Part shown: positions 10,239 to 18,400 of the stretch, piece after piece
How positions within the stretch are numbered: the stretch's first letter is position 1
How the letters are laid out: each line of letters begins with the position of its first letter
Source of the DNA: a bacterium
GTDB lineage: Bacteria > 4484-113
Direction: 5' to 3'
Assembly (NCBI GenBank): GCA_021163765.1
Contig: JAGGTK010000072.1
Location: forward strand, 6,072-70,071
Length of the DNA: 64,000 bases
Made by a program: the position numbers and the translations under genes
Notes under the pieces: generated by a model
The model's database searches: none
Seen by the model: the letters and a program-made list of their open reading frames with translations, nothing else
Told to the model about the DNA's origin: nothing

Positions 10239-11363
10239 ATGAAACTCACCATCTCCCAGGAAAAGTTGAGCCAGGCGCTCAACCTTGTCAGCAAGGCTGT
10301 CTCCAGCCGCACGCTGAACCTGGTTCTCGCACACATCCGGTTCCAGGTGACGAAGAAGAGCCTGACGCTCACCGGGTCGGACGGCGATTTCACGATCGAA
10401 CACACGGTCGACACCAAGGGAGAGCGTGAAGGCGCGCTGCTCGTGCCCGCACGGCTCTTCGTCGACCTTATCACGAGGCTGCCCAAGAAGGATATTACGC
10501 TGGAACGCCAGGACGGGATGCTAAAGATCACCAGCGGCTTCTCGGACTACTCCATCAACATCCTGCCCGACGAGAACTTCCCCAGCCTTCCGCTGTTTGA
10601 GGAAGGCAAGCTGGCGCAGCTTCCAGCCGGGCAGTTAAGAAGCGCCCTGGGGCGAACCACGTTCAGCGCGCTTAAAGACCCCAGCGGGACAACGAGCCAC
10701 TATACGCACGGCGTGCTGCTCAACTTCCACGAAGACAACCTCGACATCGTGGCCACAGACGGCCACCGCCTGGCGCTGGAGCGGATGGACAATCCCGCGC
10801 CGGAGATTAAGGACCGCAGCCTGCTGGTTCCCACAACCATCACCGAGGAGCTCAGGCGAGCCCTGCCTGACGAAGAAGACAAAACCGTAGAAATCTACTT
10901 CCTGAGCAACCAGGTGTTCTTCAAGTTTGACAACAGCGTCTTCGGCGGCTCGCTCTTTGATATAAAGTACCCTGATTACCTGAAGGTGGTACCCAAAGAA
11001 ACCAAATCCATCGCCAACGTAAACCGCAGCGCGCTGCGGGAGGCGCTTCAGCGCGTCCTGATTGTGTTCAAGGTAAAGGAGCAGAATCCGGTCGTCCGGC
11101 TGGAAACCAGCGGTGACAGCCTGATTATTTCAAGCGAGTCCCAGGATGTCGGCAAGGGCGTCGAGGAAATGCCGTTCACCCAGGGCTCGCCCTTCGCGGA
11201 CATGCGCATCGCTCTCAACCCCGCTTACCTGGCTGATGTCCTCGCGGTGGTGGACTCGGACACCGTTGACCTCCACTGGACGAGCGAAGTCAACCCGCTG
11301 AAGCTGGAACTTCCAGAGAAGCCCGGTTACACCTATATTGTGATGCCCATACGAATGGACTAG
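10239..11363 (+). CDS. dnaN: DNA polymerase III beta sliding clamp
   Basis: ATG 10239 is preceded by AGGAGGGA. MKLTISQEKLSQALNLVSKAVSSRT...LTGSDGD, 374 aa with the three-domain clamp length. The track ORF from 10056 is an upstream extension. Confidence 0.9.
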   Translation: MKLTISQEKLSQALNLVSKAVSSRTLNLVLAHIRFQVTKKSLTLTGSDGDFTIEHTVDTKGEREGALLVPARLFVDLITRLPKKDITLERQDGMLKITSGFSDYSINILPDENFPSLPLFEEGKLAQLPAGQLRSALGRTTFSALKDPSGTTSHYTHGVLLNFHEDNLDIVATDGHRLALERMDNPAPEIKDRSLLVPTTITEELRRALPDEEDKTVEIYFLSNQVFFKFDNSVFGGSLFDIKYPDYLKVVPKETKSIANVNRSALREALQRVLIVFKVKEQNPVVRLETSGDSLIISSESQDVGKGVEEMPFTQGSPFADMRIALNPAYLADVLAVVDSDTVDLHWTSEVNPLKLELPEKPGYTYIVMPIRMD

Positions 11364-11387
11364 ACACAGGCACATCTGCCCGGAGGG

Positions 11388-11855
11388 TTGGGCTCTGCCG
11401 GTAAAACCGAATTGCTGGTTCTTACTAGAAAACCTGGCGAACGTGTCTTAATCGGTCCCTCTATCAAGATGGAGTTTGTAGGCGTAGACGCGAAACACCG
11501 TGCCCGCCTGGGATTCTCCTCCATCCGGCACCTTAAACTGGTCTCTCCGGACATTTCGCTTGATTGCGATATGCCCTCAGGAAGCCCCGAAGCGCCGGTG
11601 AAACGCGACGTCACTCTCGCGGTCAACCAGAAGGTCATTGTGAACGGCGTGGTGGAGATTACGGTTGTCGCAGTGAAAGGCGAACAGGTGCGCGTCGGCC
11701 TGGAAGCCCCCGACGAAATCCACATCTTCCGCGAGGAAGTGCACGCCGAGATCCTTCAGGAGAGCATTCAGGTGGCCCAGAAGGAAAGCGAGCTCACCGG
11801 TGATGAGCTCCCACTCCCTTCCCTGGACCTTGAAGACGAGCCGCCCGCAGAGTAG
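11388..11855 (+). CDS. Tandem-domain CsrA/RsmA-like RNA-binding protein (two CsrA folds in one chain)
   Basis: Residues ~9-52, LLVLTRKPGERVLIGPSIKMEFVGVDAKHRARLGF, align to CsrA beta1-beta4. Residues ~75-122, VTLAVNQKVIVNGVVEITVVAVKGEQVRVGLEAPDEIHIFREEVHAEI, align to a full second CsrA. Start is uncertain: TTG 11388 or in-frame TTG 11412. Confidence 0.7.
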   Translation: MGSAGKTELLVLTRKPGERVLIGPSIKMEFVGVDAKHRARLGFSSIRHLKLVSPDISLDCDMPSGSPEAPVKRDVTLAVNQKVIVNGVVEITVVAVKGEQVRVGLEAPDEIHIFREEVHAEILQESIQVAQKESELTGDELPLPSLDLEDEPPAE

Positions 11856-11866
11856 CGCTCCCGAAT

Positions 11867-12463
11867 CTACCCAATCGCACCGAGCAAGCCCGGCAGCCCG
11901 CACTCCTTGAGCAGGCGGTCCAGCAGGTTCAGCGGCATTCCAACAACGTTGAAGTAATCGCCGCTTATCCCCTGCACCAGAACGCCGCCGACTCCCTGTA
12001 TCGCGTAAGAGCCAGCCTTGTCCATAACCTGGGCTTTCCCAATGTATATGTCCTCTTCCGCCGGCGTCAGCGAGCCAAACGTTACCTCGGTGCATTCCGC
12101 ATCACAGCGGCACTCGCTGCGGTAATGCACCGCAAGTCCCGTGACCACAAGATGCGTGCAGTCGTAAAGCTTGTGCAATGTGGCGCGGGCATCGTCCAGG
12201 CTGGCAGGCTTACCATAGATGCGCCCGTCGGCGTGCACAATCGTATCCGCGGAGATGACCACGACTTCGGGATGTAACCGCGCATAGCCCTCGCCCTTGC
12301 TGCGCGCGGCGTCGCACGCAAATCGAACCGCACCGTCTCTGTCAACCGGCTGAGAGTAACCAGGCGCGAAATCCGTCTCCGGGTCAATCGCCCTGAAGTT
12401 AAGCCCGATGCTTCGCAGAACCTCGCGGCGGCGCGGCGACCGTGATGCAAGTACTACTTCCAT
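11867..12463 (-). CDS. maf: Maf-like nucleoside triphosphate pyrophosphatase (septum formation protein)
   Basis: ATG 12463 gives MEVVLASRSPRRREVLRSIGLNF. The C-terminal YAIQG...GDYFNVVGMPL motif is typical of Maf. Confidence 0.85.
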   Translation of the reverse strand: MEVVLASRSPRRREVLRSIGLNFRAIDPETDFAPGYSQPVDRDGAVRFACDAARSKGEGYARLHPEVVVISADTIVHADGRIYGKPASLDDARATLHKLYDCTHLVVTGLAVHYRSECRCDAECTEVTFGSLTPAEEDIYIGKAQVMDKAGSYAIQGVGGVLVQGISGDYFNVVGMPLNLLDRLLKECGLPGLLGAIG

Positions 12464-12516
12464 AACTGCTATTATATGGGCTGGGCCGTCACAGTGCCCT
12501 CGACGAACGGTCACCG

Positions 12517-14469
12517 ATGAAACCGCAGGAACATTACGATTCCATCGTTATCGGCGCGGGTCACGCCGGATGCGAAGCCGCGCACGCCTGCGCCCGCCTG
12601 GGGCTGTCCACACTGCTGATAACCCTAAGGCTGGACACGGTCGCGCGCATGAGCTGCAATCCCAGCATCGGCGGTCCCGCCAAAGGTCACCTGACACGCG
12701 AGATAGATGCCATGGGCGGGGTGATGGGCGAAGTCATAGACCGCTCTTACATCAATTTGCGGTTGCTCAACACAGGGAAAGGCCCCGCCGTGCAGGCGCT
12801 CCGCGCACAGGCTGACCGGGCGCTTTACTCGCAGGTTATGCTCAGCCTGCTGCAAAACACTCCGAATCTGGCTCTGCTTGAGGGCGAAGTGGGCGAAATC
12901 CTCACCGAGCCTACGACCGATCCGCCGGGAGTGCGCGTGAAAGGCGTGCGGCTCACGGACGGCCGCGAGCTCTTCGCCCCCCGCTGCATCATCGCACCGG
13001 GAACGTTCCTTGCCGCAAAGCTGATGATAAGCGATGAAATCTGGGAAGGCGGGCGCTGGGGCGAGCCGGCGAGCAACGCTCTTTCCGCGAGCCTGCGCAA
13101 GCTGGGATTCCCGCTGGGGCGCCTTAAAACCGGCACCAGCCCCCGCCTGCACCGCGACAGCCTGGACTATACCGCGCTTTCGGTGCAGGTTTCAGAATGG
13201 CGGCACGACGCCTTCCGCTGCTACAGCGAGAGCGAAATTCCGCCGATGCTCCTTCCCTGCTGGCAGACCCGCACCGACGAGCGCACCGTGCGCTACATCG
13301 GCGATAACACTTCACTCTCGGCGCTTTACTCCGGGCACATAACCGGCGCCGGCCCCCGCTACTGCCCGTCCATCGAGGACAAAGTGCGCCGCTTCCCGGA
13401 CAACCTCTCGCATCCCGTATTCCTCGAACCCGACGGGCTGACGACGATGGAGGTTTACGTGCAGGGCCTGACCACCAGCCTGCCGGTTGAGGTGCAGCAG
13501 GGCTTCCTGAGCCGCACAAAGGGCCTCGAGCACGCGCGCATCCTGCGCCCCGGCTACGCCGTTGAATACGACTACCAGAATCCTGTCGAGCTGCACCCGC
13601 ACCTGGAAACCAAGCGCGTCGCGGGGCTCTACTTCGCGGGGCAGGTTAACGGCACAACGGGTTACGAAGAAGCCGGCGCGCAGGGGCTGGTGGCAGGCGC
13701 AAACGCCGCGCTGTCGCTGCTGGGACGTGACTTTCTGCCGCTCGCCCGCGACAATTCCTATACCGGCGTATTAATCGACAATCTGACCACGCTCGGCACA
13801 GAAGAGCCTTTCCGCATGTTCACCGCGTCCTGCGAATACCGCCTGCTGCTCCGCAGTGACAACGCCGCGCTGCGGTTGGGGGAAATGGCATACGACTGCG
13901 GGCTACTGCCCGAAAGCAAATTCGCCGTTCTGCGCGAGCTGAAGCGCCGCGTGCAGCTCTTCACGTCGGAGCTTGCAGCCGCGCGAACAGATGGTTGCGC
14001 CGAATCGCACGGGCTGGATTTGCCGCCGGGCTTTAAGGTACTCGATCTGGCGAAACGTCCTGAGGTCGACGAAAAGCAGTTCGCGGATTGCGCCCAAAGA
14101 GCGATTACCGGCAGCAACCAGGGCGTCAAGGAGAATAATATCCTCAGCGAAACCGCCCTGCGGCAGGTCTATATCGGCACAAAATACGCGGGCTACATAA
14201 AGCGGCAACAGGAAGAGGCGGCCCGGCTGCGCAAGTACGAGCGCATCAGGATACCGCTTGGGTTCGACTACGGCAGCGCGACTGGCGTCTCGTCAGAGGC
14301 GCGGGAGAAACTTGCGCTTGTGCAGCCAAAGACTCTGGGGCAGGCAACGCGCATTCCCGGCATCCGTCCCGCCGACATCGCCGCGCTAGCTATGGCGTTG
14401 CGGCGCCCAAAGCCCGCCGCTGAGGCGCGGTCTGCTAGAATAAGCACGTCCAGTCGGCGCAACCAATAG
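12517..14469 (+). CDS. mnmG: tRNA uridine 5-carboxymethylaminomethyl modification enzyme MnmG (GidA)
   Basis: 650 aa. FAD motif [16 protein letters not shown], with [25 protein letters not shown] and [15 protein letters not shown]. Confidence 0.95.
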   Translation: MKPQEHYDSIVIGAGHAGCEAAHACARLGLSTLLITLRLDTVARMSCNPSIGGPAKGHLTREIDAMGGVMGEVIDRSYINLRLLNTGKGPAVQALRAQADRALYSQVMLSLLQNTPNLALLEGEVGEILTEPTTDPPGVRVKGVRLTDGRELFAPRCIIAPGTFLAAKLMISDEIWEGGRWGEPASNALSASLRKLGFPLGRLKTGTSPRLHRDSLDYTALSVQVSEWRHDAFRCYSESEIPPMLLPCWQTRTDERTVRYIGDNTSLSALYSGHITGAGPRYCPSIEDKVRRFPDNLSHPVFLEPDGLTTMEVYVQGLTTSLPVEVQQGFLSRTKGLEHARILRPGYAVEYDYQNPVELHPHLETKRVAGLYFAGQVNGTTGYEEAGAQGLVAGANAALSLLGRDFLPLARDNSYTGVLIDNLTTLGTEEPFRMFTASCEYRLLLRSDNAALRLGEMAYDCGLLPESKFAVLRELKRRVQLFTSELAAARTDGCAESHGLDLPPGFKVLDLAKRPEVDEKQFADCAQRAITGSNQGVKENNILSETALRQVYIGTKYAGYIKRQQEEAARLRKYERIRIPLGFDYGSATGVSSEAREKLALVQPKTLGQATRIPGIRPADIAALAMALRRPKPAAEARSARISTSSRRNQ

Positions 14470-14500
14470 GAGGAAAGGTAATGTTCTTCATGCGGTGGCT
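14422..14500 (+). repeat. Left copy of a diverged ~80-bp direct duplication (mnmG 3' end, intergenic region with SD, first codons of a small membrane-protein gene)
   Basis: GAGGCGCGGTCTGCTAGAAT...AGGAGG...ATGTTCTTCATGCGGTGGCT aligns with 16716-16795. That is 18 of 20 identical in the first block and ATGTTCTT plus TGCG.TGGCT in the last. This copy of the small ORF stops after 12 codons (MFFMRWLLYIAS*). Confidence 0.75.
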
Positions 14501-14697
14501 TCTCTACATCGCAAGCTGAGGCCGACAACCGTGGCGGCAATTGCAAAATAGGCCTCTTTCAGGTAATATTACTAATCGTCCCATGGGCAGGTGGGTTGCT
14601 CGTTTCTAGACCAAATAACTTTTGGTGTATTCACGGTGCATTTAATGCATGTGAAGCACTTCGGCATTGGCGTCTCAACTAAGGGGGAGATACCATT

Positions 14698-14898
14698 ATG
14701 AGCGAATCGACCAAGTCAGATGGAGAAGGGAAAGTGGCTATCGATCAGGTCTTGGAAAAACTGGAGAACTACCTCGATTCCAATGAAGCTCAAGAACGTC
14801 TTGAGCGTTACGCAAACACATTCGCGGAAAACACGAAGTCAATCGAAGAGCTGCGAGCCCTTGACCCGAAGCTGAGAAACTTGCGCATGACAATCTAG
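14698..14898 (+). CDS. Hypothetical small acidic, predicted all-helical protein (66 aa), first gene of islet 1
   Basis: ATG is preceded by AAGGGGGAGA (14681-14690). The DNA is AT-richer. Sequence MSESTKSDGEGKVAIDQVLEKLENYLDSNEAQERLERYANTFAENTKSIEELRALDPKLRNLRMTI has no recognisable family, no Cys and no GG leader. Confidence 0.55.
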   Translation: MSESTKSDGEGKVAIDQVLEKLENYLDSNEAQERLERYANTFAENTKSIEELRALDPKLRNLRMTI

Positions 14899-14932
14899 TA
14901 CCTGATCAATAACGTGAAGAGGTGGAACGTGG

Positions 14933-16624
14933 ATGACTGAGGTCACATCTGATGACCGGAACGTTTACGGATACACTATTGACAAGCTAGTAGAGCTCCT
15001 CAGCCGTCCTTTCTCCGAGGCATACGAGGAAATAGTTTGGAAGAAGTCACACATCAAATACTTCGAGGGCTATTTCGACAAACTCGACGCCAAAACCATC
15101 GTTGTTGAGTTAGAATACGTTGACAAGGATTTCATCGAGGACTACGCCAACTATTATGTGCGTTGCTTCGGCAGCATTAGGGATATTAGAGCAGCTTGTA
15201 CGCGCATCCACTTCTTCACAGGTAGTTTCAATGAGAAAGACTTCCTGACCTTTCTCCATTCGCCAGAGGAGTCAAACGACCAACTCCTCGGTGAATATCT
15301 TGGATTCGTGGTTGTCAAGCCACTCCCTGAGGCCATAATAGGTCGAACTTGCCTGAAAACGTATCCTAGAGAACAGGGCAGAACCTATCCTATCCTACGG
15401 TTGTACCGACCTTCGCTTCACGGTATTCAGCTAGAAGTTGAATCACTTGCCTTTCAGGAACAGGACACTGTGGCTGCTGCTTGCGCGACAACCTCTATTT
15501 GGTCTGCTTTCCACAAGACTTCCCAAGAATTTGAGCACGAACTACCTACCCCAGTTCGTATCACATCCAGAGCTACAGGCTCTGGAGACCGATCAAAAAG
15601 GGCTTTGCCATCTGAAGGCCTTCATGATGCAGAGATAGCCCGTGCGATAAGGTCTGTTGGGCTTGAAACTCATACGCTGCAGCTGAATTCGCCTTACCTC
15701 CCACACCGTTCTCCTGATCTTCTGAAAGCTATGGCCTACGCTTACACTAAAGGCCAGCTGCCTGCCATTCTCTGCGGTGCTCTAGTTCCTGATAATCCTG
15801 ACATCTTCCTGCAAAGCACCTTAGGCCTAGTCCCTGCTCAAGGCTATCACGCGCTGACTATCACGGGTTTTCGACTTGAAGGACAGCTAGAGTCTTGGTC
15901 CGACGACCGTCTCCCGGACCACAATGGTCTTATGCTCACTTCTTCAAGAACTAACAAGCTTTACGTACATGATGATCAAGTCGGTCCTTTCGCTAGAATG
16001 GAGTTCCTGTCTCCCAACAAGAGGATACACCTCAGCGAATGTGATACTAACAGCCCGCTAGCATGGACTCAGTTGTCATCTTCCTACTACTGGCCTACGC
16101 TCGACTGCTTTTCCTTGTTCGCTCCCCTCTATGCCATAGTGCCAGTCTATCATAAGATTCGGGTAGAGTTCCTAACAATCCTCGACGCAATCACCAAGGT
16201 TGATGGTCTATTGGAGAATGTTCGCCACGGAACGAATGATTACCCGATCGCTTCGCGATTAGAGTGGGACGTTTACCTGACCCGCACCCATGATTTCAAG
16301 GAGAGTATCCTTGCGCGTAAGGATCTATCCACGGAATGCCGCACGAAGATATTGCTGCGCAGCTTCCCGCGTTTCATGTGGAGATGTACCGGGAAGATAT
16401 CCGACGAGTCCATCATCGATGTTCTATTCGATGCGACAAGCTATAGGAGAGGTTATTTCTTCCACCACGCCCTATCCTATAATCCCCACCTGACAACAGT
16501 GCTACAAAAGTATGTAGGTCATAAAGCTACGCAAAACAGCCTATTAAACAAGGTCAGAGATCCGTGGTATGTGAAACTCATTGAGTTTATCGAGGGAGAA
16601 ATGCGGGAAGAGCTAACGGTATAG
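14933..16624 (+). CDS. Hypothetical 563-aa protein with a central papain-like (clan CA, C39-like/UCH-like) Cys-His-Asp motif order; N- and C-terminal regions unrecognised
   Basis: ATG is preceded by GAAGAGGTGGA. Motifs: FQEQDTVAAAC(184)ATTSIWSAF, QGYH(306)ALTITGF and KLYVHDD(347/348)QVGPF. The long clean ORF sits in AT-richer DNA with no competing ORF. Confidence 0.7.
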   Translation: MTEVTSDDRNVYGYTIDKLVELLSRPFSEAYEEIVWKKSHIKYFEGYFDKLDAKTIVVELEYVDKDFIEDYANYYVRCFGSIRDIRAACTRIHFFTGSFNEKDFLTFLHSPEESNDQLLGEYLGFVVVKPLPEAIIGRTCLKTYPREQGRTYPILRLYRPSLHGIQLEVESLAFQEQDTVAAACATTSIWSAFHKTSQEFEHELPTPVRITSRATGSGDRSKRALPSEGLHDAEIARAIRSVGLETHTLQLNSPYLPHRSPDLLKAMAYAYTKGQLPAILCGALVPDNPDIFLQSTLGLVPAQGYHALTITGFRLEGQLESWSDDRLPDHNGLMLTSSRTNKLYVHDDQVGPFARMEFLSPNKRIHLSECDTNSPLAWTQLSSSYYWPTLDCFSLFAPLYAIVPVYHKIRVEFLTILDAITKVDGLLENVRHGTNDYPIASRLEWDVYLTRTHDFKESILARKDLSTECRTKILLRSFPRFMWRCTGKISDESIIDVLFDATSYRRGYFFHHALSYNPHLTTVLQKYVGHKATQNSLLNKVRDPWYVKLIEFIEGEMREELTV

Positions 16625-16715
16625 CATTCGCATTGAGTACGGTTAGATTGTACGTATGAACAAATGAAGAGAAAGCCCGCAAATAGTAGATATATCGCCA
16701 GAGAGCTAACTGCGT

Positions 16716-16795
16716 GAAGCGCAGTCTGCTAGAATCAGTGTGTCGGGTAGCCGCGATTAATGGGAGGGTACAAAGATGTTCTTTTTGCGATGGCT
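16716..16795 (+). repeat. Right copy of the diverged ~80-bp duplication (pseudo-3' end of mnmG plus the true start of the small membrane-protein gene)
   Basis: GAAGCGCAGTCTGCTAGAAT...GGGAGGG...ATGTTCTTTTTGCGATGGCT. In the mnmG-equivalent frame it reads EAQSARISVCRVAAING, against [15 protein letters not shown] in the real gene. Confidence 0.75.
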
Positions 16796-16961
16796 AATAG
16801 GCGCTGTAGTGGCACTCGCCATCTGTGCGGCCGGCTTCGCTCTCGTCCAGCACTTGATGAAAGTTCATCCTGACGGAGTGATGGTGGCGTCGGTTTCGAG
16901 TATCGTGACTTCTATAGCTGCGGTATTCGCGCTGTTCCCCCGGAAGAAAAAGAAGACCTAG
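16776..16961 (+). CDS. Small membrane protein (61 aa, two hydrophobic segments, lysine-rich tail)
   Basis: MFFLRWLIGAVVALAICAAGFALVQHL...IVTSIAAVFALFPRKKKKT, with SD GGGAGGG upstream. A truncated paralogous start sits at 14481. Confidence 0.5.
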   Translation: MFFLRWLIGAVVALAICAAGFALVQHLMKVHPDGVMVASVSSIVTSIAAVFALFPRKKKKT

Positions 16962-18367
16962 CTGTCCCCTGCGCGTGCCGCAGCCAGAACCACCTTAAGC
17001 AGCACACCGTCCTGCTCCGGGAGAACGGCCCGAAGGTCCAGCAGCAGCCTGTCTTCACGCACAATCGCCAGCACCGCCGGCCGGTTCTGGCGCAATGCAC
17101 GCGCGATGTCCTCCGGCGAAGAGCCCTCGGCGCTCATAGCAACAGCATACGACGCGACCCTCCGCCCCGCCACGCCGCCGCCGACTTCCGCTTCAGTCTC
17201 TATGACCTCCACGCTCAATCCCGCTTTGCGCAACTTGCGTGCCAGCACGAACGCGCGGTTCTTCAGGTCGTCAGGCTCGGTTCTCAGCAACGCGTTTACC
17301 GGTATCGCGTCAGCTTCTCCCGCTGCAATCAATGAAAGCCCTGCTTCGATGACCGAGAGCAGTGACTTGTCGGGCCTGAGCACGCGGTAGAGCGGGGACT
17401 TGCGCAGGCGTTCTGTGAGCTCACGCTGCCCCAGTATGATGCCGCCCTGGGTCAGGCCCAGCGCCTTGTCGGCGGAAAAGCACACCAGGTCCGCGCCCGC
17501 CCTCAGCGAAGGCGCCGGATGCGGCAGGTCGAGCTTGTTGGCTTCCGCTTCGGCCATCAGCGTTGCCGCCCCGATGTCCTCGATAAGCAGCACGCCGCTC
17601 GCGCGGGCAACCGGCGCAAGTTCTTCCACCCCGGCTTCGGCGACGAACCCGACCATCTCGAAGTTGCTCCGGTGCGCCTTCATAATGGCGGCAGTGTTCT
17701 CGTTCAGCGCGCTCTCATAGTCCGCGAGATGGGTCTGGTTGGTCGTGCCCACCTCGCGCAGTATCGCGCCGCTTTCGGCGATGATGTCCGGGATGCGGAA
17801 ACCGCCGCCGATTTGTATCAGCTCGCCTCGCGAAATGACCACCTCGCGCCCGGCGCAGAGCGCATGCAGGATGAGAAACACCGCGCCGGCGTTGTTGTTC
17901 ACCAATAGCGCGCCTTCCGCGCCCGAAAGCGCGCAAAGCAGCCGTTCGATCTCCGCGCCCCGCTTGCCGCGCCGTCCGGTCTCCAGCTCGTATTCCAGGT
18001 TCGAATATCCCGTCAGCACCGGCCGCACTGCGTCCAGCAGCCGTTCCCCCAGTGGCGAGCGCCCTAGGTTCGTATGCACGATAATGCCGGTGGCGTTGAT
18101 TACCGGCTGCAGCTTGCGCAGCGCCATATGGCGCAGGCTTCCCGCGATGGCGTCCACGACCAGCTCGCGCAGCGCCGCTTCGGACAGCGGTTCGCCATCC
18201 TCCACCCGGTCGCTGCGAAAGATGTTGAGCACGGCTTCGGCGCTGCACTTGATATCGGCGCTGGTCAGCCCAAGTCCGGTTGCGAGCGCACTAAGCGCCT
18301 TGTCGTCCAGCAGGCTGCTTACGCTCGGCAGGTCCCGCAACTGGAAGTTATATCCACCCTCCACCAT
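16958..18367 (-). CDS. selA: L-seryl-tRNA(Sec) selenium transferase
   Basis: 469 aa. N-terminal LRDLPSVSSLL, then VINATGIIVHTNLGRSPL, and the PLP-lysine region FSADKALGLTQGGIILG. Confidence 0.88.
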   Translation of the reverse strand: MVEGGYNFQLRDLPSVSSLLDDKALSALATGLGLTSADIKCSAEAVLNIFRSDRVEDGEPLSEAALRELVVDAIAGSLRHMALRKLQPVINATGIIVHTNLGRSPLGERLLDAVRPVLTGYSNLEYELETGRRGKRGAEIERLLCALSGAEGALLVNNNAGAVFLILHALCAGREVVISRGELIQIGGGFRIPDIIAESGAILREVGTTNQTHLADYESALNENTAAIMKAHRSNFEMVGFVAEAGVEELAPVARASGVLLIEDIGAATLMAEAEANKLDLPHPAPSLRAGADLVCFSADKALGLTQGGIILGQRELTERLRKSPLYRVLRPDKSLLSVIEAGLSLIAAGEADAIPVNALLRTEPDDLKNRAFVLARKLRKAGLSVEVIETEAEVGGGVAGRRVASYAVAMSAEGSSPEDIARALRQNRPAVLAIVREDRLLLDLRAVLPEQDGVLLKVVLAAARAGDS

Positions 18368-18400
18368 CGGGGGTGATTGTAGCAGAGAGACAGCGCACAG

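Noticed and set aside
14698-14898. The idea that the 66-aa protein is a bacteriocin-type precursor processed by the neighbouring C39-like domain.
   Set aside because: There is no double-glycine leader and no Cys or typical core peptide features. No ABC exporter is fused or adjacent, and the peptide is highly acidic and helical. It is kept only as an unspecified partner.
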